Positions 47,925 to 57,237 of a DNA stretch of 64,000 nucleotides are shown here, one piece after another. The notes under the pieces are model-generated. The model did no database searches and was not told where the DNA came from. It worked only from the letters and a program-made list of their open reading frames with translations. The translations under genes and the position numbers were made by a program. How positions within the stretch are numbered: position 1 is the stretch's first letter; each line of letters begins with the position of its first letter. The DNA lies in IMG/VR virus record IMGVR_UViG_3300046543_000266, positions 124,001 through 188,000 of that record, one strand, 5' to 3'.

Positions 47925-48053
47925 TTACGTGAAGCTGATGTGCAGGTGTTGGAACAGGTGGATTAGCCAGCCGAACTCCGTGTAGACGCCGATCACCAGC
48001 AGAGTTGCCACCCATAATAACAGTAGGCCAATCCAGAATTCACTCTTGTTCAT
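47925..48053 (-). CDS. 42-aa membrane protein, absent from the ORF track
   Basis: MNKSEFWIGLLLLWVATLLVIGVYTEFGWLIHLFQHLHISFT; ATGA-coupled to the GntR gene. Confidence 0.55.
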   Translation of the reverse strand: MNKSEFWIGLLLLWVATLLVIGVYTEFGWLIHLFQHLHISFT

Positions 48054-48325
48054 GGGTATGCAACTCCGGCACGCTCTTGCCATGCAATCACTTCGGGATT
48101 GCGCGTCTTCCAGCGGCCAGCCGGATTTACCTTAGTGCCAGCGCGCGGACGCATGGTTATCACGTTCAGCAGCGTGAGTCGGCTGAGCGCTTCACGCAGA
48201 ACGGTACGGCTCACCCCCAACTGCACAGCCAGATCCAGCTGATCCGGAAGCATACCGCCGGGGCCGACTTTGACTACGAGGTCAACCAACGATTCGAGCG
48301 TCTTATCTACTTTGCTGACTGCCAT
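48050..48325 (-). CDS. GntR-family winged-HTH regulator (stand-alone DNA-binding domain)
   Basis: PGGMLPDQLDLAVQLGVSRTVLREALSRL....ITMRPRAGTKV. Confidence 0.85.
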   Translation of the reverse strand: MAVSKVDKTLESLVDLVVKVGPGGMLPDQLDLAVQLGVSRTVLREALSRLTLLNVITMRPRAGTKVNPAGRWKTRNPEVIAWQERAGVAYP

Positions 48326-48349
48326 GATGCACCTCTTAAGATGGGTGGT

Positions 48350-48823
48350 TTAATAGTCGGCTACTGCGGTGTGATAGCAAACGATGCCGCGTGCGCGCCA
48401 CATATCGACTACGCATTGACGATCGTCGAACGCCATGAACACGTCGGCCAAGTCGAAGCCCGCTTGCTGCACGATCCACGGCTTGTAGTCTTCGTCCGAC
48501 ATCTTCGCAAGACCGTGGAGGCCGGGCGGACGCATCAGCAGTTGATCGTTGGTGATCTTCGGGCCAACGTACTCGTGAATCTGGTGGAGCGTCATACCCC
48601 GATACTCAGGACCGTCGCCACGGCTGGTAACGAACAGCATGTGGAACGCCGGATTGTCGTAGAAGGCGCGGTAGACGTGTGCTCCTTGTGGGATCACCGT
48701 GTCATTGACCGTTGCCTTGATGTAGGCTTCACGATCACCCTTGAAGTAGTGGGCCGTGCGATGGCTGGAGTTGATGAGGCAGCCGTCCAGATCACAGATG
48801 ACCAGCTTGATTGGTGCTTGCAT
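48350..48823 (-). CDS. HAD phosphatase (T4 PNK 3'-phosphatase-like)
   Basis: ICDLDGCL, FVTSR, LLMRP, FDDRQCVVDMWRARG. Confidence 0.85.
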   Translation of the reverse strand: MQAPIKLVICDLDGCLINSSHRTAHYFKGDREAYIKATVNDTVIPQGAHVYRAFYDNPAFHMLFVTSRGDGPEYRGMTLHQIHEYVGPKITNDQLLMRPPGLHGLAKMSDEDYKPWIVQQAGFDLADVFMAFDDRQCVVDMWRARGIVCYHTAVADY

Positions 48824-48856
48824 GAGGGAACCTCGTTGGGTTGGTTGTGGAGATGA

Positions 48857-49309
48857 TCAGTTGGCGGCTGCGGTTTCCGGCGACGCGAGCAGCAGTGCGC
48901 GCTCAGCGATCATGCGTTGCTTGGTGCGACGCTTCTCCAACAGCAGCGCGAAGTAGAAGATCGCGTCGAGAAGCGTTTCGTCCAGCGACTCGGTGGCATT
49001 CGCATCACCTTCAACGTTGAACACGTCGTAGTTCAGCAGTTCGCACTGCGTCTCGAGGCGGTCGATCTTGCGCCAGATCGTGAAGAAGGCACCCGGTCCC
49101 ACACGCTTGCACCACGACGCGCCGTACTCGCTGTCCTTCTTGATGCCGAGGTCGACCAGTTCGTTCATCATCTGGCGGATGTTCTCGAAGTTGGTATGCG
49201 GCAGGTCACGGTCTTGAATCAGCGAGTTGGGGAAAAAGGACACGCCGAAGTCCGGATGCAGCATCGACTGTTGTTTGGGTTGTTGGGGTTGTTTGGGTTG
49301 GTTGCTCAT
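48857..49309 (-). CDS. Nmad1/DUF1599-like all-alpha nucleotide pyrophosphatase
   Basis: KKDSEYGASW.....G.FFTIWRKIDRL...ESLDETLLDAIFY. Confidence 0.7.
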   Translation of the reverse strand: MSNQPKQPQQPKQQSMLHPDFGVSFFPNSLIQDRDLPHTNFENIRQMMNELVDLGIKKDSEYGASWCKRVGPGAFFTIWRKIDRLETQCELLNYDVFNVEGDANATESLDETLLDAIFYFALLLEKRRTKQRMIAERALLLASPETAAAN

Positions 49310-49506
49310 GTTGGTTCCTTGGGTTGGAAGCGGTTCAATACTACGGCGGTTCCGTCAGCGCTAATACGTTGCCACACTAGCGCTTTCTCTTCGACGCTGA
49401 GGAATACCCAATTGTCTACTTCGAATTGGGTACGACCGCAGCCTTTGCATTTGGCGTCGAAGAGCGTGGAACACACGCCGATACATGGGGTGTCGAGTCC
49501 GTGCAT
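49306..49506 (-). CDS. DUF1289-family small Cys-rich (predicted Fe-S) protein
   Basis: TPCIGVCST...KCKGCGRTQFEVDNW...S.EEK..VWQRI; TAATG-coupled start at 49506. Confidence 0.8.
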   Translation of the reverse strand: MHGLDTPCIGVCSTLFDAKCKGCGRTQFEVDNWVFLSVEEKALVWQRISADGTAVVLNRFQPKEPT

Positions 49507-50606
49507 TACTTCATCCGGCGGCCGAGCCACATGATACCGGCGGTCAGCCAGTCGTTGCCGAGCTTGGTGTCGAGGTCAAGCTGGAGGCACTGCTTGTTGT
49601 ACGTGAGCAGAGCCAGACCGCTCGCCGTGTCGCCGGCCTTGTGCATGTTGTAAGCCCGAGCCATCGGCATTGCCACGTAGTCCAGGAACTGGTTCTCGTA
49701 GTCACGGGGGTTCACCTGCTCGGTACACACCGTGACGAAGTCGCGCAGTTCGTCTTCGAATTCATCGCTGTCAGCTTGCAGCGGCAGCGGTGCCACGTCT
49801 TCGTCATACCGACCTGGATAGGCCAGACCACCCTCGACCCCACGGAAGCCGTTGCCCGCGCGCTCGATGAACCGCTTTGTTACGTCGAACTCCGTGTAGA
49901 TGTGCAGGTTGTTGGACACCTGATAGTAGTTGCCAACTTCGACGCCGATCTTGTTCGCCAGATATTCATGGAGGAACGCGAAGTGAACGGCGTTGGCGCC
50001 GTAGGCACCCCAGATCATGTCGTTGCTACGGTTCGTCACCGTGATATTGAGCTTGCCCTGACAGATGTCGACGTAGACCGCGGTATTGCACGGCAGGTCC
50101 TTCGACGTCTGGTTCAGCAGATCCGACGGCTTATACTCGTTGTACATGCCGATGCCGCTTTCGTGCTCGACATCTTCGCCCTTGCCGTCCCACATGCTGA
50201 TCACACAGCGACGGCTGCCCGGATTCTTGCGCAGTTCGGCGATCACGGCGTCCAGCTGATCGTAGCCGAAGTGGTTGCGCCAGCGGAAGCCATACGCGCC
50301 GTTGAGCGTCTCACCGTCGTCGGTGTACTGGAGCATCTGCTTGGCATAGTAGCCGATGGTCGCCACGTCGTTGTTGCCATTCAGCATCCACATGCTTTCG
50401 ATCAGGTGGAGGAACGGGTTGGCGTCGCGAGCCTTGCTGAACGACACACGGTGCATCGGGCTCGACCACATGGTCGTCACCGGACGGGGGAAGCGCAGGA
50501 CCGGACCGTTGCGGCTGTCGGTGACAACACCGTTGGCGAGGATCTGGGGGATGCCAATGCTGAGGGCATGGTCCGGGTTAGCTGCATGAATCACAAACAT
50601 GAACAA
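49506..50606 (-). CDS. Thymidylate-synthase-fold enzyme, probable dUMP hydroxymethylase
   Basis: SRNG, GAYGFRWR, SRRCVISMWD, catalytic DLPCN, NRSNDMIWGAYGANAVHF (Asn at the dUMP-specificity position), NNLHIY. Confidence 0.8.
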   Translation of the reverse strand: MFMFVIHAANPDHALSIGIPQILANGVVTDSRNGPVLRFPRPVTTMWSSPMHRVSFSKARDANPFLHLIESMWMLNGNNDVATIGYYAKQMLQYTDDGETLNGAYGFRWRNHFGYDQLDAVIAELRKNPGSRRCVISMWDGKGEDVEHESGIGMYNEYKPSDLLNQTSKDLPCNTAVYVDICQGKLNITVTNRSNDMIWGAYGANAVHFAFLHEYLANKIGVEVGNYYQVSNNLHIYTEFDVTKRFIERAGNGFRGVEGGLAYPGRYDEDVAPLPLQADSDEFEDELRDFVTVCTEQVNPRDYENQFLDYVAMPMARAYNMHKAGDTASGLALLTYNKQCLQLDLDTKLGNDWLTAGIMWLGRRMK

Positions 50607-50671
50607 CTCCTATGAGAAGGGTTTGATTGGTTGCATACACCAGCTTATTTACGCGCTGGCTTAGAGTTGGA

Positions 50672-51676
50672 TTAGGAGCCTTTGTAGCCGCTGCGAGGCT
50701 CGCCTTCACCGCTGATGACGCGGCAGTATTTGTCGTACTCGCACAGACAGTTGCTGAGGTTCGCTGCGCTCAGGTCGACGAAGCCCGTCTCGAAGCTACC
50801 GGACCACCACTTCGGAGGCACGATCGTCTTCGCCAACTTGTTCATGTCGCGGCGCAGCTTGACCATCGGCTCGTTGAGAGCATTGCCGCGGACGTCGGCT
50901 TTACGACCGCCGCTCATCACTCGGTTCATACCCCGCGTAGTGCCCGGTCCAGGACTAGTGAACGTCTCGATGTCCGTGGCATTCATCAGCCACTTCTGGC
51001 TGTACGTCAGGTCGACGATAACCTGATATGCCATGAACGGTCCCCAACCTTGATACTCACGAAGGGTGGATACGGCCTCTTCCTGGGACTCCTTGAACTT
51101 ACTGCGCAATTCCTTGCGATCCTTCCACAGCGGATCCAGCCCAAAGTACGGGATGTAGTAAGCCTTGCTGTTGTCCGGCGGGTTCGTGCCCTTCGGGAAC
51201 ACGCTGTTGACGATGTAGGCACCGGTGATCAGCTTCTGCTTCTCGTTCTTGATAGCGTTGAACGTGGCGTAGGCTTTCTTGGCACTCCAGCCGTCGACTG
51301 GGAAGCTACCTTCGTCCATCATGCGTTGCAGCGTATCCGGCCAGTTGATGATACGAGCCAGCGCCAGCATGAACCACAGGTCCGGATGGTTCTGGTACGG
51401 CGTGATGATGTTGTCGATTATCCACTTGCTGACCGTGTCGAGCTCACGGTAGATGTTGCAGAAGCGGTAAGCGCGCAGCACTGGATCGTTGGTCCACGGC
51501 TTGGCCTTGCCTACGTGATAGCGCTTCAGGTAGATAGAGTGGCGCTCGATCCAGAACTTCGTGATCGACTCTACCTTGTTTTGATCTTCGGGCTGGAACA
51601 GATAGGGCAGCTTCTTCGGAGCCGCCGCTGGCTGATCAAACAGACTGCCTTGACTGGCGTTTGTTTTGCGCTTCAT
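50672..51676 (-). CDS. aGPT-Pplase1 / 5-hmdU DNA kinase helical-domain family protein
   Basis: ERHSIYLKR...PWTNDPVLRAYRFCNIYRELD, GWGPFMAYQVIVDLTY, GPGTTRG, NCLCEYDKY.R. Start moved to ATG 51676. Confidence 0.8.
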   Translation of the reverse strand: MKRKTNASQGSLFDQPAAAPKKLPYLFQPEDQNKVESITKFWIERHSIYLKRYHVGKAKPWTNDPVLRAYRFCNIYRELDTVSKWIIDNIITPYQNHPDLWFMLALARIINWPDTLQRMMDEGSFPVDGWSAKKAYATFNAIKNEKQKLITGAYIVNSVFPKGTNPPDNSKAYYIPYFGLDPLWKDRKELRSKFKESQEEAVSTLREYQGWGPFMAYQVIVDLTYSQKWLMNATDIETFTSPGPGTTRGMNRVMSGGRKADVRGNALNEPMVKLRRDMNKLAKTIVPPKWWSGSFETGFVDLSAANLSNCLCEYDKYCRVISGEGEPRSGYKGS

Positions 51677-51981
51677 TTGAATAAGCCTCGTGTTCTTTGA
51701 TTGGCAATCGTTGCCAGATACGTACCGTGACAGCGCTTGGGATTGCACCAACATCCGAGACGCTGTCCTTTTAAATCACGGCGGATCTCGTCTCGGGTTG
51801 GTGGCGTTTCTCCGTTAGGTGCTTCGAGCAATCCGTCTAGCCACTTCATGTGCTTGTCGCAGCATTCGGTACGCGTGCCGTGAACGCCGACCACAAAGGG
51901 ATTGCCGTACTTCTGAGGCCTCCCGATGTAGACGTCGTATTCGGATCGCTCGCAGTGGACAACCAACGGATGGTTCGTCAT
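51673..51981 (-). CDS. DUF4326 protein
   Basis: YDVYIGRP..YGNPF...LKGQRLGCWCNPKRCHG; start at ATG 51981. Confidence 0.85.
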   Translation of the reverse strand: MTNHPLVVHCERSEYDVYIGRPQKYGNPFVVGVHGTRTECCDKHMKWLDGLLEAPNGETPPTRDEIRRDLKGQRLGCWCNPKRCHGTYLATIANQRTRGLFK

Positions 51982-52772
51982 AGCAGGAAGTGTTCGGCTT
52001 CGATTGCACGAGTGCGCCAGTACATGCACTGGTCACCGAGCGACATGTTGCGAATGTCGTCTTCGGAATAGTACCCGAGCACCTTGCGCGCCAGCGTGTC
52101 CACGGTATGTGCGTGGGTTGTACCCCTATTTACGCTGCCGACCATTTCGTAGCCGAAGAGCTTGAAATCGCGCTCGTACAGACGGTTGATCAGGCCCAGA
52201 ACATCTTCGTCCAGTTCTTCGATTTTCAGCTTCGGACCAGTCGGATACTTCGTCTGATCCTTCGAGTGGCCGAACTCTTCGGTTTCCACGCCGATCATTT
52301 CACGCACCGTTTTCCAGTCGGCATCAAGGCGCTCGTAGCGGCCGATGAAGTCAGCGTAGCACTTGTTGCCTTGATAGAAGAAGTAATGCTGCGGGCAGAA
52401 GTGCGTGTACTTCCAGTCGAAGCGCACACTTACTTCGTTCAGATTGCGGCGCGCGAATTCGTTGAAGTCGGCATCGGCCGGCAGATTGTGTTGGCGCTTG
52501 TGCTCGGCCCACGAACTGATGAGACGAGTGTACGGATCACGCACGAAGCCGAACTTGAAGTACTCCTCGAAGTAGTGATGGGGCCACACTGCCGGGATGT
52601 CGGCAACGCACACGTGGAACACTTCGATCACACGTTCGAGCTTGGGAATGAACGACTGGTAGTCCAGCTTCAGCGGGTTGCTGTCATACTGGAAGAGGGT
52701 GCGGCGAATCGACGTTCCTGCAACCTTTGGGTTGTGCAAAAACATGAACTTGTTTTGGTCACTGATGATCAT
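51978..52772 (-). CDS. PAPS-dependent sulfotransferase (Sulfotransfer_2 family)
   Basis: 5'-PSB loop FLHNPKVAGTS, 3'-PB motif FVRDPYTRLISSW, HFCPQ, DFIGRYERL. Confidence 0.85.
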   Translation of the reverse strand: MIISDQNKFMFLHNPKVAGTSIRRTLFQYDSNPLKLDYQSFIPKLERVIEVFHVCVADIPAVWPHHYFEEYFKFGFVRDPYTRLISSWAEHKRQHNLPADADFNEFARRNLNEVSVRFDWKYTHFCPQHYFFYQGNKCYADFIGRYERLDADWKTVREMIGVETEEFGHSKDQTKYPTGPKLKIEELDEDVLGLINRLYERDFKLFGYEMVGSVNRGTTHAHTVDTLARKVLGYYSEDDIRNMSLGDQCMYWRTRAIEAEHFLL

Positions 52773-53682
52773 TGAGCAGTCTCTTGAGGTATTCGCGGTC
52801 TTTGTTTTGAAACGCCAGTTCGGCCTTCAGTAGTAATTTACCCTTCTCGCGGAACTTGGCGCGCTTTTCTTTGTCTTTGAACAGGCCCGGTGCGTTCATG
52901 AAGTCGACGCGCAGGAAGGACGCAACGTGCTGAGCTTGCTTGCCGCGCTTGATCAAACCTGGGAACATCACCATCTGGCGCAGGAACGAGTCGTGGACAT
53001 GCTGGACCTTGCGCTCGCTGCCTGCACCACCTTGATCTTTCGGGTCGAAGGTGGTGTTCCACAGCATGTGATAGTCGACGACCGAACGATAGCCGTTGCA
53101 CAGCACCGCCAGATTGTGAACTGTGTCGATGCCCCACAGATCGCGCGTTTCCTTCTTGTCGATGCAGTGCAGCAGGATGTTCACATCGTAGCCCGCGACG
53201 TTGGTACACTTGTGATTCTTGCGCTCCAGTCCCCAACGTTCGATGATGTTCTTGTGCATGAAGTAAGCGCCAGCGCCGACCAGCGCGTTACCCTTGCGGA
53301 ACAGTTGCGGAGCCCTCTTCAGGAACCACTCGTCCGCAGCGCTGATGTCTTTGGTTGCGCCCACGTACTTGTCACCACGACGACCGTAGAACAGCATGTC
53401 GTCCTCTATCACCATTGCGAACTTGGCCCCCTGCTTGCGATGATGATCGAACACCGAGTAGCGCTTGTTCGGCAGCAGGATGTCGTCCTTGGTGCGCAAG
53501 AAGTCCACGTGCTTGGCGTAGGCTTCCTTCTTGTGGGCCGCATGCTCTGAGGCCGGGCACACCACTGTGATGTGCTTCTGCACTTCAGGGGACAGGTAGG
53601 ACAGCGTCTTCTGCCGTCCTACTCGCCCCTTGGTCAGCAGGTAGATGTGGTAGTCTTTATCCATATGATACGTAGGTTCCAA
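52759..53682 (-). CDS. TAGT/JGT-like GT-A glycosyltransferase, paralog A (divergent)
   Basis: IYLLTKGR, KR..V, AMVIEDDM metal-binding motif, C-terminal QGG; the usual ED motif reads GID. Confidence 0.6.
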   Translation of the reverse strand: MEPTYHMDKDYHIYLLTKGRVGRQKTLSYLSPEVQKHITVVCPASEHAAHKKEAYAKHVDFLRTKDDILLPNKRYSVFDHHRKQGAKFAMVIEDDMLFYGRRGDKYVGATKDISAADEWFLKRAPQLFRKGNALVGAGAYFMHKNIIERWGLERKNHKCTNVAGYDVNILLHCIDKKETRDLWGIDTVHNLAVLCNGYRSVVDYHMLWNTTFDPKDQGGAGSERKVQHVHDSFLRQMVMFPGLIKRGKQAQHVASFLRVDFMNAPGLFKDKEKRAKFREKGKLLLKAELAFQNKDREYLKRLLNDHQ

Positions 53683-54175
53683 CCCACCCTTTATGGTGTT
53701 CTTTTATACCGCCGCAGACGGCCTTCATGCAAGAGTAGTCTAGACCGTGAATGCGGCATAGACCCCTGAGATTGTTTCCAATGTAGCTCACCCAACGTGG
53801 AGAAGTCACGTGGTAGCCGCGCGCCAGCTTGTTGCCAATCTCCACATCACCGCCGTTGAGGGCGCGCTCCGACAAGTTCTGAGCGGTTGTGATGAACCGG
53901 CAGTTACCCCAGACGTAATCACCGACGTCACCGAGGCGACCCATCTGGAATTCGGATACTGCCTTTCCGATCTGATCGGGGTGTTTTATACCGGCACGTT
54001 TCGCGAGCTTCATGTACTGGCGGAAGGTCAGCAAACAGACGCAACCACGACGACTAGCATTTCCGCGTAGATCGCGCCATTTCCTTCGCCATTGAAACCA
54101 GTAGCTCTGATCGAAGCTGAGCTTCTGCAGCACACCACAAGCTTCCTCTTCAGTTAGAACACGATCCCGAGTCAT
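53657..54175 (-). CDS. HNH-like (beta-beta-alpha-Me) free-standing endonuclease
   Basis: NASRRG...LLTF, MGRLGDVGDYVWGNCRFITTAQN; C-terminal NUMOD-like HHKGW. Confidence 0.55.
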   Translation of the reverse strand: MTRDRVLTEEEACGVLQKLSFDQSYWFQWRRKWRDLRGNASRRGCVCLLTFRQYMKLAKRAGIKHPDQIGKAVSEFQMGRLGDVGDYVWGNCRFITTAQNLSERALNGGDVEIGNKLARGYHVTSPRWVSYIGNNLRGLCRIHGLDYSCMKAVCGGIKEHHKGWVGTYVSYG

Positions 54176-54942
54176 TAGACCAGCCCTCCGATTTTAGCAG
54201 CACCCCTCCAACTGATGCGAGTGTTGGAATCCGGGTGTTGGGCCGATGGCGGCTTTTCCTTCACGACATCGGGGTGCAGCTTGAGCAGCTTCTGCAGCGC
54301 AGCCTTCGCCATATCACGGGTACGTTCACCTTCTAGCCCACCTGGAGCGTCGGCCTTACGCTGCGCCACCGCCATGTCGTACGTGAGGGCGATTCGCGTT
54401 CCACCCTTGAGTAGTTGGAGCGTGTAGTCTATGTCCTCGTACGGAAATAAACGATCCCACACGATCTTCTTTACGGTGCCGCGGGACATGCCGAAGGCGA
54501 ATCCTAGATGGCTGTTCTCTTTGATACCACCCTTCGGCGCGAAAGCCTTGGTCCCGAGCCCGACGCACTTGTAGCGCGAGCACAGGTCCGGAAGCACCTT
54601 GGTCCAGAAGCCCTTGGTCACTTCGGGAACCGTCGACGCCACGACGTGCTTGTCCTGCTCCTTATCGAAGGCATACAGGTACAGATCGTCGTCGAACATG
54701 AACGCGTACTTGTGCGGGCTGTTCTCCATGATCCACTGGCGCTTGGCACTCAGCGTCTGGATGGACTTCGGCTGCGCCAGCACGTTGACCTTCGGGTAGT
54801 TGGCCTTGAGGATAACGACTTCATCCTTGGGGCATACCAGAGTGACGTGACCGTGCATTCCCTTAGGCAACCGCTCGACCGTCAGCTGGTTGGCAGTACG
54901 GCCCCGCGTTGGGATGTAGATATGATAGTTGATCTTGGACAT
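54175..54942 (-). CDS. TAGT/JGT-like GT-A glycosyltransferase, paralog B
   Basis: IYIPTRGR, LSAKRQWI, FMFDDDL, YEDIDYTLQLL..G, PGG. Confidence 0.75.
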   Translation of the reverse strand: MSKINYHIYIPTRGRTANQLTVERLPKGMHGHVTLVCPKDEVVILKANYPKVNVLAQPKSIQTLSAKRQWIMENSPHKYAFMFDDDLYLYAFDKEQDKHVVASTVPEVTKGFWTKVLPDLCSRYKCVGLGTKAFAPKGGIKENSHLGFAFGMSRGTVKKIVWDRLFPYEDIDYTLQLLKGGTRIALTYDMAVAQRKADAPGGLEGERTRDMAKAALQKLLKLHPDVVKEKPPSAQHPDSNTRISWRGAAKIGGLV

Positions 54943-55676
54943 CAGAAGCGAGCCTCGTTTCTGCGTTGGAATTCCGCCAGATGCTCAGGCGTACCCAGAT
55001 TGGTGAACTGACGGGTCTCGAAGTACCGCAGCGGCAGTCGTGTGATCCCGTTGATGACGGCGCTCAGTGGCAGTTCGGCATAAGGCTTTCTGTTGCGCTC
55101 GGCTTCAAGGAACGCATCCGCCATGTCGTCCACGTTACGGAACCAGTAGCAGCCAGTGTTGATGTAGTCGGAGATCCGCAGCTTCTCGGACAGACCATGG
55201 AACACGGCAGTCTTACGCCACGCCGAATGATACTTGGCTGGATTGTTCAGGAAAGAGTACTCTTCCGACCCGCTCTTGTCTTCGTAGGCAATGACGCCGG
55301 AGCTGCCCTCGATGACTGCTTCGGTCATGGTGTACTTGAGGTCGACGTGTGCCGAGCAGTCACAGTCGAAGATGATGACCGGTCCTTCACGCGGTGGATC
55401 GCACATCAACGCCAGAGCCATCGCGCTGAATGCCGGACCCGGCGAAACGTCTTCGAGATAGTGGACGGCCTTGAAGGTATCCCCGTACTGTGCGAGCAGC
55501 TCCTCGTCCTTGCGCAGGATCAGGATCTCGACGTCCGACGGTTCCAGCCCATACGAGTCGATAACCCATCGGTACATCGGGACGCCCGGAAGTACTTCGA
55601 TGAACGGCTTGCTGACCGGGAATCCCTGCTCCCGGAAGCGTGAGCCCATTCCGGCGGCGGACATTAGATAGCGCAT
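54942..55676 (-). CDS. Sugar-phosphate nucleotidyltransferase (NTP_transferase fold)
   Basis: SAAGMGSRF...GFPVSKPFIEV, IFDCD, SEKLRISDYINTGCYWF, LGTPE. Confidence 0.8.
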   Translation of the reverse strand: MRYLMSAAGMGSRFREQGFPVSKPFIEVLPGVPMYRWVIDSYGLEPSDVEILILRKDEELLAQYGDTFKAVHYLEDVSPGPAFSAMALALMCDPPREGPVIIFDCDCSAHVDLKYTMTEAVIEGSSGVIAYEDKSGSEEYSFLNNPAKYHSAWRKTAVFHGLSEKLRISDYINTGCYWFRNVDDMADAFLEAERNRKPYAELPLSAVINGITRLPLRYFETRQFTNLGTPEHLAEFQRRNEARF

Positions 55677-57202
55677 GATTGCTGTTCCATGAGTTGGTAT
55701 ATTTCTTGGCCCTTCTTGAACAGAGCCAGTTGTCGTTGCAGCGAATCGCTGTGTAGCGGCAGCATTGAGAAGAACAGCAGCGCAGTCATCGCCAGCACTT
55801 CTTGGAAGTCGATACCGAAGCGCTCCCGAACTACGACGCTGAAGTAACTAATGACCTCACGGTTCAGCGGAGGCGGGTTGATTGCCGAGACACTGTAGTG
55901 CCCGGCGATAATCGAGTCGTAGCCAACCATCGAGTGCAGCAGCTTTGCCAACTCGTAGCGGACGTCGCCGTATATGGAGCGCTCGTCGAATCCGTTGAGG
56001 CCGCGCGGGTCAAACACCTTGATGCTATTAGTGCGATGGTCATACGCGATGTTGCTGAAGCACAGGTCACCATGAACTACCGAGATACGGTCAGGGCGAT
56101 CGGGTATCTGTGCGATGCAGTGCTCGGACAATGCCGTAAGCTCAGGCACAATCTCCGAGAAGGTGTCGGACTGGCCGCTGGACTGACCACTGAGTTGTAG
56201 CTGCTGGATGCGCTGGCGAGTCTTACCTTCGATGAGCTCACGGAACGCCGCCGCTTCATGCAGGACGGTCTCTGAGTCGATATGGTGTCCCGGGTCACCA
56301 CCAATGAAGTCGAGGCACTTGTCGATGATGGTGTGCCACACACCAAACTCTTGATTGCCGAACACGTACAGTTCAGCCAGCGTCGGCAGCGGCAGGTACT
56401 CGATCTCGTAGGATCCGTAGCAGTCGTACGACAGCAGGGCCGGAGTGTACTTACGCAGCTTGACTGGGAGGTTGCTGTACCAATCGAACTCAGCGTGGAT
56501 CTTGGCTGGAGTACCACTCTTACTCACCACGTTGTCTTCGATGCGAAGTTGGTTGAAATGCCGCGACGTCAGGAAGTTCTGCTTGGACAGGAAGTAGGTA
56601 GCAGCGTGTCCGAAGTCAAACCAGTCGACGCCGTCCGTATAGTCCTGATAGGTTACGGCGACTTCGTCGTGAATCCAATCCAGGGCTTCACTGATATCGT
56701 CGTCAGGTGCTATCACACGCGCTACCGTGTTGAGCGGAGCCATGAAGTATCCGATGAACACAGCATTGCGGCCGTTATCCAAGCGTATATCCAACCAGTT
56801 GAAGTTACCCGGACGGGTCGCAGCCACCCCGATGCACGGAGTGGTCGCCCACTTGCTGATCAGTGTATCGCCCCACAGAACGTGTAGTTCCACACCCTCA
56901 CAGTTTCGAGCACCGTTCAAGTGGTTCACTATCCTGGTCACCGCATAGTACAGAACGTGCGACAACGGACGTGGGTGCTTGGACGAGTACTCACTTAACA
57001 TGGTCACGCGATCATCGCACGGCGGCATCGGGAAATCTTCCGGATGTGTGACAAATACCTTGTCGAAGTCTGCACCCATCTTCAGCTGATGTTGGATCAA
57101 CGACTTGCCAGCTACCGGAATGCGTGAGGCGGGCAGCTTACCGAACATGAACTGAAGCTCGGGGTTGCACAGCGCTGAAGACAGGATAAGCAGGACCTTC
57201 AT
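55664..57202 (-). CDS. Nucleotidyltransferase-like / APH-choline-kinase-like phosphotransferase fusion (sugar kinase candidate)
   Basis: FGKLP..RIPVAGK, WFDFGH..TY, VVHGDLCFSNI, FDPRG, GDVRYELAKL.HS. Same architecture as so-called capsular biosynthesis proteins. Start at ATG 57202. Confidence 0.75.
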   Translation of the reverse strand: MKVLLILSSALCNPELQFMFGKLPASRIPVAGKSLIQHQLKMGADFDKVFVTHPEDFPMPPCDDRVTMLSEYSSKHPRPLSHVLYYAVTRIVNHLNGARNCEGVELHVLWGDTLISKWATTPCIGVAATRPGNFNWLDIRLDNGRNAVFIGYFMAPLNTVARVIAPDDDISEALDWIHDEVAVTYQDYTDGVDWFDFGHAATYFLSKQNFLTSRHFNQLRIEDNVVSKSGTPAKIHAEFDWYSNLPVKLRKYTPALLSYDCYGSYEIEYLPLPTLAELYVFGNQEFGVWHTIIDKCLDFIGGDPGHHIDSETVLHEAAAFRELIEGKTRQRIQQLQLSGQSSGQSDTFSEIVPELTALSEHCIAQIPDRPDRISVVHGDLCFSNIAYDHRTNSIKVFDPRGLNGFDERSIYGDVRYELAKLLHSMVGYDSIIAGHYSVSAINPPPLNREVISYFSVVVRERFGIDFQEVLAMTALLFFSMLPLHSDSLQRQLALFKKGQEIYQLMEQQSCAI

Positions 57203-57237
57203 TATGACCTCGGATTGTTGTGGGCGTACTACCCTAT

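Noticed and set aside
49506-50606. dCMP hydroxymethylase (T4 gp42-type)
   Set aside because: The specificity position is Asn (GANAVHF), not the Asp expected for dCMP.
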